In this document: piece after piece, positions 18,698-28,533 of the stretch
Numbering within the stretch: the first letter of the stretch is position 1
How the letters are laid out: every line of letters starts with the position of its first letter
From: Candidatus Latescibacterota bacterium
Lineage (GTDB): Bacteria; Latescibacterota; UBA2968; GCA-2709665
Reading direction: 5' to 3'
Length of the DNA: 64,000 nucleotides
Assembly: GCA_965248435.1 (NCBI GenBank)
Contig: OZ252100.1
Location: 3,104,001-3,168,000 of the forward strand
Position numbers and translations under genes: made by a program
Notes under the pieces: generated by a model
What the model was told of the DNA's origin: nothing
Databases searched by the model: none
What the model saw: only the letters and a program-made list of their open reading frames with translations

Positions 18698-18798
18698 GTA
18701 TCTCGTATCTCGTGAAGCGTATCTCGCCCGATATATTTTGTGGATTCACAAATGTGAGACACAATGTCGGCCCCCGAGATACGAAATACGAGATACGA
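18698..18798. repeat. inverted heptamer (CGTATCT/AGATACG) hairpin element
   Basis: gtatctcgtatctcg...cgtatctcg and cgagatacgaaatacgagatacga arms; inner tttgtg-gatt-cacaaa hairpin. Confidence 0.7.
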
Positions 18799-18817
18799 CC
18801 CATGGATAGAGGCCCAA

Positions 18818-20143
18818 ATGAAGGATAGCGAGAAAGCAAGCATTGAGTTAAGGAAAAAGATCGAAGGCCGCTCAGCTCGGGTCTCTGTGATCGGACTGGG
18901 TTATGTTGGACTCCCCCTTGCTGTGGAGCTCGGGAAGGCAGGGTTTGAGGTGACTGGGGTGGAGACATCGTCTGACAAGGTGTCTTTGATAGAGGCTGGC
19001 CGCTCGGATGTCCAGGGGATTCCGGACTTCGAGGTGGCCGGGTTAAAAGCCGTCGGAAAACTAAGTGCCACGCTGGACTACGATGCGACAGGCGAGTCGG
19101 ATGTTATTGTCGTTTGTGTGCCGACTCCCCTCAACAAGACGAGAGACCCAGACGTATCATTCATCATCGACGCCTTCACTCAGATTGCAAAACGAGCGCG
19201 TCGGGGACAACTCGTGGTCCTTGAAAGTACGACCTACCCTGGCACGACCCAGGAAGTCGTACTTCCGCTCCTGGAAGAAAGAGCGCTCAAAGTGGGGGAA
19301 GATTTCTTTCTCGCCTTTTCCCCGGAGCGGGTGGACCCGGGGAATCAGGTCTACACTCTGAAGAACACACCCAAGGTCTTAGGTGGCGTTACCGACTCTT
19401 GCACCGACATGGCGAAGCTTTTCTATCAGCAGGTGATTTCAGAGCTCGTCCCTGTGTCTTCTACTGGCGCGGCGGAAATGGTCAAGATGCTGGAAAATAC
19501 GTTTCGAAGTGTAAACATCGCGCTGGTGAATGAGGTGGCATTGATGTGCGACCGGCTCGGGATCGACGTATGGGAAGTGATCGACGCCGCGGCAAGCAAG
19601 CCTTTCGGGTTTATTCCGTTTTACCCTGGACCCGGACTGGGTGGACACTGTATTCCGGTTGATCCACACTTTCTTGCCTGGAAACTTCGGAGCTTGAACT
19701 TTCACTCCAGGTTTATCGAACTGTCCGGAGAGATCACGCGCGGCATGCCGGCATATGTCGTGTCTAAGATCGGGGATGCGCTCAACCGGTTCGAGAAAAG
19801 TATAAACGGATCGGCGGTTCTCGTCCTTGGCGTCACCTACAAACCTGATGTGGACGATATCCGGGAGTCTCCTGCCCTGGATATCATCGAGAACCTTCAA
19901 GAGAAGGGTGCGAATGTCTCTTACCACGATCCGTTTGTCGATGAACTCTCCGTTGAGCCTCTAAATATGAAGTCGGTGACGCTGACGGAGGATCAGATCG
20001 CCTCCGCGGACTGCGTCGTGATCACGACCGACCATTCGAGCTATGACTGTTCCTGGATTGTGGAACACGCACTTTGCATCGTAGACACCCGGAACGCGAC
20101 GAAAGGGGTCTCGGACGCAGACCGGAAGGTGGTAAAGCTGTAA
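18818..20143 (+). CDS. nucleotide-sugar dehydrogenase (UDP-GlcNAc/ManNAc 6-dehydrogenase, WbpA/WecC family)
   Basis: [47 protein letters not shown]. Confidence 0.9.
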   Translation: MKDSEKASIELRKKIEGRSARVSVIGLGYVGLPLAVELGKAGFEVTGVETSSDKVSLIEAGRSDVQGIPDFEVAGLKAVGKLSATLDYDATGESDVIVVCVPTPLNKTRDPDVSFIIDAFTQIAKRARRGQLVVLESTTYPGTTQEVVLPLLEERALKVGEDFFLAFSPERVDPGNQVYTLKNTPKVLGGVTDSCTDMAKLFYQQVISELVPVSSTGAAEMVKMLENTFRSVNIALVNEVALMCDRLGIDVWEVIDAAASKPFGFIPFYPGPGLGGHCIPVDPHFLAWKLRSLNFHSRFIELSGEITRGMPAYVVSKIGDALNRFEKSINGSAVLVLGVTYKPDVDDIRESPALDIIENLQEKGANVSYHDPFVDELSVEPLNMKSVTLTEDQIASADCVVITTDHSSYDCSWIVEHALCIVDTRNATKGVSDADRKVVKL

Positions 20144-20180
20144 TGAAGCTATCCGAAATTCCTGTCTCTCAGGTGTGTCA

Positions 20181-21116
20181 ATGCGAACCTTGATCACAGG
20201 TGGAGCCGGCTTTCTTGGGTCACACATTTGCGAGTTTCTGCTCGACAAAGGGCACGAAGTCGTGGCGCTTGACAACCTCCTGACCGGCAGGGAAGATAAC
20301 ATCTCGCACTTGATCGGCCGGAAGGGCTTCACGTTTCTAGACTACGATGTGACTAATTTTGTACACGTTACCGGATCGTTGGATTACATCCTCCACTTTG
20401 CTAGCCCGGCGAGTCCGAAGGACTATCTTCAGCATTCGATCCATACGATGAAAGTTGGAGCCCTGGGGACCTACCGGACGCTCGGGCTCGCGCGTTCCAA
20501 GAGTGCCAGGTTTCTGCTTGCTTCCACATCCGAATCTTACGGAGACCCACTGGTCCACCCGCAGCCGGAGACCTACTGGGGTAATGTGAATCCGATCGGG
20601 GTCCGCGGGGTCTACGACGAGGCGAAACGATTCGCCGAGGCTCTGACGATGGCCTACCACAGAGAGGTAGGTGTCGATACGCGGATTATTCGGATCTTCA
20701 ACACCTATGGCCCTCGGATGCGCAAAGACGACGGCCGGGCGATTCCAACTTTTATCACTCAGGCCCTTTCGGGGGATGATGTCACGGTATTCGGAGACGG
20801 AAGCCAGACGCGCAGTGTCTGTTACGTGAGTGACCTGATCGCGGGCATCTACGAAGCGATGCAGAGCGACCACCCCGAACCTGTGAACCTCGGGAATCCA
20901 CACGAGATGTCGATACTGGAACTGGCGAACTTGATTATCGGGCTCTCAGAAAGCCAAAGTCAGATTGTGTTCAAGCCCGCGCTGGTGGATGATCCGAAGG
21001 TGCGTCAGCCCGATATCGGTTTGGCGAAGAAGGTTTTGGGGTGGGAACCGAAGGTGTCCACCGAAGAGGGACTCCGCAGGACGATTGCGTGGTTTGGGGA
21101 AAATTCCGGGGCATGA
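20181..21116 (+). CDS. UDP-glucuronate decarboxylase (UDP-xylose synthase family)
   Basis: [51 protein letters not shown]. Confidence 0.9.
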   Translation: MRTLITGGAGFLGSHICEFLLDKGHEVVALDNLLTGREDNISHLIGRKGFTFLDYDVTNFVHVTGSLDYILHFASPASPKDYLQHSIHTMKVGALGTYRTLGLARSKSARFLLASTSESYGDPLVHPQPETYWGNVNPIGVRGVYDEAKRFAEALTMAYHREVGVDTRIIRIFNTYGPRMRKDDGRAIPTFITQALSGDDVTVFGDGSQTRSVCYVSDLIAGIYEAMQSDHPEPVNLGNPHEMSILELANLIIGLSESQSQIVFKPALVDDPKVRQPDIGLAKKVLGWEPKVSTEEGLRRTIAWFGENSGA

Positions 21117-21148
21117 GAGAAAGACGCCCCGATGGTGATGGATGAAAG

Positions 21149-21169
21149 AGACGCCCCGGCGGGGCGTCT
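21149..21169. repeat. REP-like palindrome
   Basis: agacgcccc-ggc-ggggcgtct; partial copy at 21122; inverted copy at 34368. Confidence 0.65.
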
Positions 21170-21182
21170 TTGCAAGTTATGG

Positions 21183-21962
21183 TCAGGTTTTGTAGTTTTG
21201 GCGGATTTCGTCGTAAACACGGTCTACGTAGGAGACCATGAACGTGATGTCGCTTCCGGCCTGGATCCATCGAACCCCGCGTTTGGTCTGGGTCGAGATG
21301 AATTCGGGATCTGCAGGCGCACCAGATCCCACTGAAAGACCCGCGGCCGCTGCCTTGGCGATGATTTCCTCCATCGCGGCTACCACTGTGGGATGTTCGA
21401 CCTGCCCGAGGAGGCCGAGGGCCCCGGATAGATCCCAAGGACCGAGAACGACTGAATCCAGACCCTTGACCGCGACGATTTTATCGATGGTTTGAAGGGC
21501 CTGGACGGTCTCGATCATCACGGTCACAAAGATGCTGGTGTTCGCCTTCTCGACGTATTCCTCCAGGCTCTCCCTTCCGTAGTTGGTCGGCACCAACGGA
21601 CCGAATCCCCGTCTGCCCTCCGGGGGATATCGACAGTCGGCCACGATCTGCTCGACCTGTTCAGCGCTCTCTACCTGGGGCACGACGATTCCATCCGCAC
21701 CGGCGTCGAGCACAGGCTTGATGAACTGTGTGCCGATCCCCTGTACCCGCACGAATGCAGGCTTCTTCCTTCCCCGGGCTGCCAGGAGGTGCCCGCCCAT
21801 CGCCTCTGGGCTCATGTTGTTGTGTTCCAAGTCGATCCAAAGGAAGTCGACCCGATCAGCCAGTGCCTCGCTCGAACGTGGATCCGTCAAGTTGATCCCT
21901 GGGCCGATCAGCAGGTCTCCCTGGCTCAAACGTTTTCGAAAGTCATCCACGGCTTCAAACAT
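21183..21962 (-). CDS. HpcH/HpaI aldolase family
   Basis: WIDLEH, FVRV, LDAGADGIVVP, YPPEGRRG, MIET, GPWDLS; ATG 21962 has an AGAGGAG SD. Confidence 0.9.
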   Translation of the reverse strand: MFEAVDDFRKRLSQGDLLIGPGINLTDPRSSEALADRVDFLWIDLEHNNMSPEAMGGHLLAARGRKKPAFVRVQGIGTQFIKPVLDAGADGIVVPQVESAEQVEQIVADCRYPPEGRRGFGPLVPTNYGRESLEEYVEKANTSIFVTVMIETVQALQTIDKIVAVKGLDSVVLGPWDLSGALGLLGQVEHPTVVAAMEEIIAKAAAAGLSVGSGAPADPEFISTQTKRGVRWIQAGSDITFMVSYVDRVYDEIRQNYKT

Positions 21963-22114
21963 CCAGATCTCCTCTATTTTCGAAGTGACAAAGCCAAAAG
22001 TCATGTCCGTGCGAAGCGTGCTTTCGGGACAGCAAATTCATTGTAAGTTGGGGAAAGTTTGATTAGGTTTCAAGCCCGAAATTCATTCACCTTTAATCAC
22101 CCATCGGAGGGGAA

Positions 22115-22939
22115 ATGGCCAAGTCGAGAGGGACTCCATCCTCTGTAAAGCACGACCCGACGGCGCTCGGACGCGGCTTCAAGCGGCGTCTCAAGTCGAA
22201 CGACATTCTGCTTGGGGGGATGGTATCCGAGTACCTGCGTCCGTCGCTTGTCAAGCACTACCGATACGCCGGTTTTGATTTCATCTTCGTGGACAAGGAG
22301 CACATCTTCTTCGATGGGTTAGAGATGTCAGACTTCGTGCTTTGCGCGCGGGACAATCAGCTGCCGGTGATTTCCAAGATCGGAGAGCTGAATCGACCTG
22401 AAACGGCGCGCCTCCTGGAAGCAGGTGTCGTGGGCATTCAGCTTCCGAGAACGGAATCGCGAGAAGATCTGATGACCCTCGTAGAGTTCGTGAAGTTCAC
22501 GCCGGTGGGTTCACGCGCAGCGGCTCCGGGATTCGGAAACGTGGACTACGTTCCTCCAGAAGACGGCGCCGCTTGGATCAAAAAGGCGAATCTGTCCACG
22601 GTGATCGTGGCGCATATCGAGACCCGTAAAGGTTATGAGAACGCGGAGGAGATCGTGACGACGCCTCACGTGGATATGGTCTACGTTGGACCGTATGATT
22701 TTTCGATATCCATGGGACATCCCGGCGAGTACGACCACCCCGATGTGAAAAAAGGGATCCAGAAGATTATGAGTCTCTGTCTCAAGCACGACGTGCCTTT
22801 TGGTACGACCGCGTCCGGACCGAAGGCGGCAGGACAATTGATCGCCCGGGGCTGTCGGTTCTTCGAGGTGAATGACGAATTCCAGTGGATCAGAGAAGGT
22901 GCGCGTCGAGAGGTCTCTGAGTACCGCAAGTACTGTTAG
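22115..22939 (+). CDS. HpcH/HpaI aldolase family (Lys at the usual catalytic Arg position)
   Basis: FVDKEH, ISKIG, HIET, GPYDFS. Confidence 0.85.
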   Translation: MAKSRGTPSSVKHDPTALGRGFKRRLKSNDILLGGMVSEYLRPSLVKHYRYAGFDFIFVDKEHIFFDGLEMSDFVLCARDNQLPVISKIGELNRPETARLLEAGVVGIQLPRTESREDLMTLVEFVKFTPVGSRAAAPGFGNVDYVPPEDGAAWIKKANLSTVIVAHIETRKGYENAEEIVTTPHVDMVYVGPYDFSISMGHPGEYDHPDVKKGIQKIMSLCLKHDVPFGTTASGPKAAGQLIARGCRFFEVNDEFQWIREGARREVSEYRKYC

Positions 22940-22951
22940 AGGGGAAGCTCA

Positions 22952-24322
22952 GTGAAGATCTCCATCGTCAACGGCACGATCGTTACGGGTGACGGAAAGA
23001 CGGTTCTTCCGGAATCTTCCATCGTGGTGGAAGACGTTTTTATCACACAGATCCACGACACGAAGTATATCCCTTACAACGATTCAGATCGAATAATCGA
23101 CGCGCAGGGCGGCTTCATCATTCCGGGACTGATCAATCACCACTCGCACGAAGTGGCCTTCGGTCCCAACTATCACGCGAACTCAGATTCCGGCCCCACT
23201 TTCTTCGGCAAACACCGATGGCCGATCAGGCGCATCTTTGGCTATTTGGACAAACATCTGCTGGATGGTGCCACCACGCTTCTATCGCTGGACGGGTTGG
23301 CGAGTGTGTGGGAAGTCGAGGCGATGAACAAGCTCCACCCGATCAACATCAGGGCAGCGACGATTCACAGCGAACAGAACAAGGCGAACATCCGTCGTCA
23401 CGGCGGGTACATCGACGATCTGCACGAGAACCTGACCGCGGAGCAGATGATTTCAAGCGGCGCCGTCGCCGTCGGCGAAACAGCGGTGCCTTCGAGTCCG
23501 TACGGGCTTTTCGAATTCTATCGGGCCGCCGGCCGACCGATTTTGATCGACCAGGCGATGAGGCTGGCCAGTGCGCTTTTCGAGCGCCCCGGCGCCCCAC
23601 CCCTGAAGCCGTATGACGAGCAGGCTGTGACTGAGGCAGTGAACGAGGCTGGATTGGAGGGTGTGCTCACGGCCGCTCAGGCCAGGCAAGTGGCCCTGGA
23701 CATCGAGCAGCAGCACGAGGCTGCAGAATTAGCGCTGAAGGAATCGGCCGAAATCGGAAAGAAGCTCGGTGTGCCAGTGGTCGCTCACCACTCGGGTGAG
23801 AATGCGGACGTGATCGCGGGAATCGCGGGCGAGATGGGCCCGGGACTGATCGCTGCGCATTCCAATCATATGTTCACGCCCGAAGAAGGAGTCGCGAGGG
23901 CCAGACACCTGAAGGAGCACGGCGTGTTTGTTGACATCTACTCCGGGGATTCGTTCGGCGTTCGGCAATCGACACCGACTCCCGAAACGATTTTTGCACT
24001 GTTGGAAGCGGGCCTCGTGGACCTGATCTCAACGGACTTCCTCAACGGCTACTGGGATCCAATCTTGCTTACGATCGAAAAAGCGGTGGAAGGTGGCATC
24101 CTGGACACGGCCTCTGGCATCGCCAAGGCCACGGGGAACGTGACAAAGGCGATTCCCAGGCTTGCGCCGAATCGGGGCTTCTTAGAAGCGGGAAAGGTCG
24201 CGGATGTCGTCGTGACCAAACCGGAGCGGCTGTCGGAGATCAAGGTGGTGATGATTTCGGGCAGGGTCGTCGTGGAGGACGGACGTATCGCCCCGGCAAG
24301 ACAGGCAGCGCGGAATCTCTAA
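22952..24322 (+). CDS. amidohydrolase superfamily protein
   Basis: IDAQGGFIIPGLINHHSH, ISTDF, RGFLEAGKVADVV. Confidence 0.8.
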   Translation: MKISIVNGTIVTGDGKTVLPESSIVVEDVFITQIHDTKYIPYNDSDRIIDAQGGFIIPGLINHHSHEVAFGPNYHANSDSGPTFFGKHRWPIRRIFGYLDKHLLDGATTLLSLDGLASVWEVEAMNKLHPINIRAATIHSEQNKANIRRHGGYIDDLHENLTAEQMISSGAVAVGETAVPSSPYGLFEFYRAAGRPILIDQAMRLASALFERPGAPPLKPYDEQAVTEAVNEAGLEGVLTAAQARQVALDIEQQHEAAELALKESAEIGKKLGVPVVAHHSGENADVIAGIAGEMGPGLIAAHSNHMFTPEEGVARARHLKEHGVFVDIYSGDSFGVRQSTPTPETIFALLEAGLVDLISTDFLNGYWDPILLTIEKAVEGGILDTASGIAKATGNVTKAIPRLAPNRGFLEAGKVADVVVTKPERLSEIKVVMISGRVVVEDGRIAPARQAARNL

Positions 24323-24360
24323 ACCGTGGATCGTGACTCGTGGATCGTCGTTCGTAAAGA

Positions 24361-24480
24361 CAACGGGTTGTCGTCAGTCCCGCCAGGTGAAAACGGGTTG
24401 TCGTCAGTCCTGACAGGTGAAAACGGGTTGTCGTCAGTTCTGCCAGGTGAAGACGGGTTGTCGTCAGTCCTGCCAGGTGA
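24361..24480. repeat. tandem repeat, 4 x 30 bp
   Basis: Consensus AAACGGGTTGTCGTCAGTCCTGCCAGGTGA, 1-2 substitutions per unit, no spacers. Confidence 0.95.
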
Positions 24481-25474
24481 AGATGACGCCCATCATGGAC
24501 TTCTCACGGCGATAGGCCATTTCATACGCCTTGGCCATTTCCGAGTAGTGGAAACGATGCGTGACGAGACGTTTTGGCTCAAGGCCCTGATCGGCCATGA
24601 GTGAGAGGACGTGCCGGCAAGACCGCGTCCACGAGAACGCGCCTTCGGACGTGGGATAGAGATCGCCAGCCTCGCGGGAGACGGCGATCAATGAAATCCC
24701 CTTGTCGTAGAACCATTCCATGCTGAGCGGGTTGAAGTCGAGAGGCTCTTCACCCCTTTCGGGCAGGCTCACGATCGCGACGCGGCCGTTGATGCGGACG
24801 ATCTGCACCGCAGTGCGGTAGGCCGGCCAGGGGTTGGCGGTAAGGATGACCAGGTCGATCCCGGAGCCGTTCGTAAACGTATCCAGCTTTGCGTCGAGGT
24901 CCGGATCGTCGGACATATAGGCCGCGTGAGCGCCCATGCGCTGCGCCATCTCGAGGCGGATCGGGCTGTTCCCGACCCCGACGACGCGGGCGCCGAAGAG
25001 GGGCCCGAGGGCGACCGCACCCAATCCCAGCACACCCAGGCCGACGACGGCGACGTTTTCCCCCGGCCGGAAGAACGCCCTGCTGTAGCAGAGCGCACTG
25101 AGTGTATAGAGGTGCGCAAAGACCGCGTCTTCTGAATGCACGTTATCCGGAACCGTGAGGATAACCTCGGTTTCTCTCGCGACGTATTCGGACTGATGCG
25201 GTTTGCGCGATATGACGCGGTCTCCGACTTTGAACTTCGTCACCGAATCTCCCACACCGCGAATCACGCCGAGGTTGCTGTCGCCGACCCAGCGAGGAAA
25301 GTCCGGGGCACCCGGCACCCTTTCCGCGCCTTCGTAGTTGCCCCTGTCCGTTCCTATCTTGAGCGCGGTGATCTCGGTTTCCACCCAGACTTCGTCAGGT
25401 TTCAGATTCGAGGTGTCCAACGGCTGGTCTTCTATACGAAGGTCACGCGGGCCGTGAAGGATTGGGATTTTCAT
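24464..25474 (-). CDS. zinc-type/MDR alcohol dehydrogenase family protein
   Basis: GroES-like N-terminus (PDEVWVE, FKVGDRV), GLGVLG Rossmann motif, LVTHRF. Confidence 0.85.
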   Translation of the reverse strand: MKIPILHGPRDLRIEDQPLDTSNLKPDEVWVETEITALKIGTDRGNYEGAERVPGAPDFPRWVGDSNLGVIRGVGDSVTKFKVGDRVISRKPHQSEYVARETEVILTVPDNVHSEDAVFAHLYTLSALCYSRAFFRPGENVAVVGLGVLGLGAVALGPLFGARVVGVGNSPIRLEMAQRMGAHAAYMSDDPDLDAKLDTFTNGSGIDLVILTANPWPAYRTAVQIVRINGRVAIVSLPERGEEPLDFNPLSMEWFYDKGISLIAVSREAGDLYPTSEGAFSWTRSCRHVLSLMADQGLEPKRLVTHRFHYSEMAKAYEMAYRREKSMMGVIFTWQD

Positions 25475-25593
25475 GGCAGGCTCCTTTTGTTAGGTCGAAC
25501 GACGCACCCCGCATGATAGCGTTATTTTGTGCAAGGGCGTAGCGGTTATTAGCACCTTCAATTTCGAGCGAAAGTACCTTCAATCTCCGTCCC

Positions 25594-25622
25594 TTGACAG
25601 CTGTAACCGACTTAGCTATATT
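25594..25622 (+). promoter_or_regulatory. sigma70 promoter of ssrA
   Basis: TTGACA-17 nt-TATATT. Confidence 0.75.
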
Positions 25623-25672
25623 GGTTTAGTGAAGTCGACTGGAATCCGTAGCCGGCTTGTTCTTTGTCAACT

Positions 25673-26034
25673 GGGGGCGACATGGCTTCGACGGGGGAGG
25701 CGAGGCGATAGCTGCGTGTCGAGGTCCCATTACCTCGTAAAACTGGTGGGAAAAAACACAACTGCGAACGATAACTCGTACGCAATGGCCGCCTAATTAA
25801 AGGGTAGCCCGTCCCGTCGGTTCTCGCCTGCAGGGGCCGATCGGGGCGCCGATTCATGCAGGCTGGTCCTTGGTCCTCCGCCAGAGGGGCCTGGACGAGA
25901 CTTTATCTGGCTGGCGCGCTGACGACCCTGTCACCCAGGTAGCCTGCGCGTGAGATTGAATGGGTAGACTACACACGTAGATGCTGTCGTTGGACTTCCT
26001 TCGGACGCGGGTTCGATTCCCGCCGCCTCCACCA
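25673..26034 (+). ncRNA. ssrA: tmRNA; tag ANDNSYAMAA at 25764..25796
   Basis: 5' GGGGGCG pairs with 3' CGCCTCC-ACCA (G3-U wobble); T-arm GGTTCGATTCC; tag ORF ends in AA-stop. Confidence 0.97.
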
Positions 26035-26038
26035 TCTT

Positions 26039-26081
26039 TAAGAAGCGCAACTCTCTGTTGGTAAGGGAAGTTGCGCTTCTT
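26039..26081 (+). terminator. hairpin downstream of ssrA
   Basis: aagaagcgcaact ... agttgcgcttctt inverted repeat. Confidence 0.6.
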
Positions 26082-26136
26082 CGTTCTAATGCCAACCGTT
26101 TGGTGTTAGGTAGCGAAAAAACAAAGAGAGAGCCCA

Positions 26137-28305
26137 ATGAAAATCGTCGGCTACAGCGACCGCTTAAGCGTGAGCCCGGGACAGAGCATCCGCTTCATGA
26201 TCAGCAGCGAATCGCCGACCTACCGCGCCGAGCTCGTGCGCTTGCGGCACACCGATGAGAACCCCCAAGGCCCCGGATTCAAATACGATGCGCTGCAGAC
26301 CTCCATTGACGGCGAATACCCAGGCCGGCACCAGGCCATCCACACAGGCTCGTACGCGGTGGTGCCCCACAACCCCCTCTTAGACTGCACGGAGGGGTTT
26401 ACCCTGCAGGCGTGGATCTATCCTACCACGCCGCAGAAGGGCGTTCAGGGGCTGATAACCAAGTTTTCCACCGGCGACGAAGCGGGCTACGGTCTGGTTA
26501 TCGACGAAGACGGCTCGCTGGCCCTGTGGCTCGGCGCAGGCAACGAGCTGTTGAAGGTCCGCACGGGCGTCGCCTTGGAGACGGCCCAATGGTATTTTGT
26601 CTCCGCTTCCTACGACGCCGCCACGGGTGCCGTCCGCCTCACCCAGAAGAGACAGACCCATTGGCCGATTAACGGTGCCGAAGCCACTGTCCGCGAAACC
26701 GTCCGATCCGGCGCGCTCGGCGCGAATCAGGACGATCTTGTGATGGCTGCTCGCCGGAATGTCTCTACTGCCTGGTCGCCAACCACCGACCACTTCAACG
26801 GGAAGATCGACGGCCCGCGCCTCTACGACCGCGCCCTCGACGAGCTGGATTCCGCGGAACCCGACAGCGCTGTCGCCCACTGGGACTTCTCACTCGATAT
26901 TGGATCGCAGCGTGTAAGCGATACCCAGGCCAACGGCCTCCACGGCCGTGCCGTCAACCTGCCGACCCGGGCGGTGACGGGCCACGACTGGCATGGTAAC
27001 GAGGCGGATTTCAAGGCCGCCCCCTCCCAGTACGGGGCCATCCACTTCCACGACGACGACCTGGAGGATGCCGGGTGGGATCTCGCTTTCGAGTGGGAAG
27101 TGCCCAGCGACTGTCCGAGCGGGTTCTATGCGGCCCATTTGGAGACCGCCGATGCAGAAGATTACGTGCCTTTCATCGTCGTCGCCACTAAGGCACGCGC
27201 CCGCGTCGCCTTCCTGGCCCCCACCCTCACGTATCAGATCTACGCCAATCAACGTTTCATCGGTCGGGTCCGTGATTATTCAACGCCCCAAGACGAGTAC
27301 ATGAATGAGCAAAACCTCCTGAGCTGTTACGATCTGCACAGCGACGGCTCCGGCGTTTGCTATGGTTCGAGGCTACGGCCGATTATAAATCTTCGACCCC
27401 GCTACCGATTGCCCTCCCGGTCTCTGGCCGCCTTCTATCCCCGCCATCTAAATGCGGACCTTCATCTTCTGCATTGGCTGGATACTAAGGGCTTCGACTA
27501 CGATGTGATCACCGACGACGAGCTGCATCGCCGGGGAACAGAGCTACTCGAACCCTATCAGGCGCTCGTGACGGGCACTCACCCAGAATACTGGACGGCG
27601 CAGATGCTGGATGGGCTGGCGGTGTATCAGGCGGACGGGGGCCGCCTCGTGTATCTGGGCGGCAACGGGTTCTACTGGATCACGTCCTTCGACCCCGACC
27701 GCCCTCACATCGTCGAAGTCAGGCGCTGGCGGGGCACCCGGGCCTGGGAGGCCGCCCCCGGCGAGTGCTACCACAGCACGACCGGTGAGATGGGCGGGCT
27801 CTGGCGATACCGCAACCGGGCGCCTCAGAAGATGGTCGGCATCGGCTTTACGGCTATGGGCGGAGGCCGCAATCGCCCCTATAGACGCCAGCCAGACAGC
27901 TTCGACCCCAGGGTGGCTTTTATCTTCGAGGGCATCGGCACCGATGAGATGATCGGCGACTTCCCCGCTCTGGTCTTCGAACACGGAGCGGCCGGTTTCG
28001 AAACCGACCGGGCGGACCGAGACCTCGGCACGCCTGACCACGCCATGGTGCTCGCTACAGCCGATGGCTTCACCGACCATTACCATGTGGCCATCGAGGA
28101 CGAGCTCTTCTGCGGCCGCGGCACCGGTGGCAGTCAGAACGCCAGGGTGCGCTCCGACATGGTCTACTTTGAAGGCCCGAAGGGCGGCGCCGTATTCTCG
28201 GTTGGCTCGATCACCTGGTGCAGCTGTCTCTCCCACAACGGCGGCGACAACAACGTCTCCCGGATCACAGAGAACGTGCTGCGCCGCTTCGCAGAGAGGG
28301 ATTGA
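26137..28305 (+). CDS. N,N-dimethylformamidase large (beta) subunit family, with LamG domain
   Basis: IVGYSDRLSV.PG, LamG (HFNGKID), YQIYAN, SCYDLHSDGSG, THPEYW, LGGNGFYW, NVSRITENVL. Confidence 0.9.
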   Translation: MKIVGYSDRLSVSPGQSIRFMISSESPTYRAELVRLRHTDENPQGPGFKYDALQTSIDGEYPGRHQAIHTGSYAVVPHNPLLDCTEGFTLQAWIYPTTPQKGVQGLITKFSTGDEAGYGLVIDEDGSLALWLGAGNELLKVRTGVALETAQWYFVSASYDAATGAVRLTQKRQTHWPINGAEATVRETVRSGALGANQDDLVMAARRNVSTAWSPTTDHFNGKIDGPRLYDRALDELDSAEPDSAVAHWDFSLDIGSQRVSDTQANGLHGRAVNLPTRAVTGHDWHGNEADFKAAPSQYGAIHFHDDDLEDAGWDLAFEWEVPSDCPSGFYAAHLETADAEDYVPFIVVATKARARVAFLAPTLTYQIYANQRFIGRVRDYSTPQDEYMNEQNLLSCYDLHSDGSGVCYGSRLRPIINLRPRYRLPSRSLAAFYPRHLNADLHLLHWLDTKGFDYDVITDDELHRRGTELLEPYQALVTGTHPEYWTAQMLDGLAVYQADGGRLVYLGGNGFYWITSFDPDRPHIVEVRRWRGTRAWEAAPGECYHSTTGEMGGLWRYRNRAPQKMVGIGFTAMGGGRNRPYRRQPDSFDPRVAFIFEGIGTDEMIGDFPALVFEHGAAGFETDRADRDLGTPDHAMVLATADGFTDHYHVAIEDELFCGRGTGGSQNARVRSDMVYFEGPKGGAVFSVGSITWCSCLSHNGGDNNVSRITENVLRRFAERD

Positions 28306-28351
28306 GTCTGGCCTGTGCACACTTCGGGCATGCGCTAAGGAGCACCAACGG

Positions 28352-28504
28352 GCCATCAGGAAGAGGCAAGCACGAGCGAAAGATAGCCTTCGGGAGTAGG
28401 TGGAAGCACTCTGTGCGAAGGAGGACGTTTGTGTGTACACGACGTCCTTCGCTCGCGAGCTACGGAAGGTGACCTGCGCGTAGCCGAAACCGATCCCTGA
28501 TGGC
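28352..28504. repeat. MITE-like or structured-RNA element
   Basis: 9-bp terminal inverted repeat gccatcagg/cctgatggc enclosing several hairpins. Confidence 0.45.
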
Positions 28505-28533
28505 AGAGACAAAATGATGAAGAGAGAAGCTCA

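Noticed and set aside
24361-24480. CRISPR array
   Set aside because: The 30-bp units are contiguous with no unique spacers, overlap a gene end, and there are no cas genes.
24326-24604. 92-aa ORF with ENGLSSVLPG repeats
   Set aside because: It is just the translation of the tandem repeat, antisense to a real gene, with no SD.
25527-25796. 89-aa ORF ending ANDNSYAMAA
   Set aside because: This is the tmRNA tag frame extended upstream through the promoter, not a gene.
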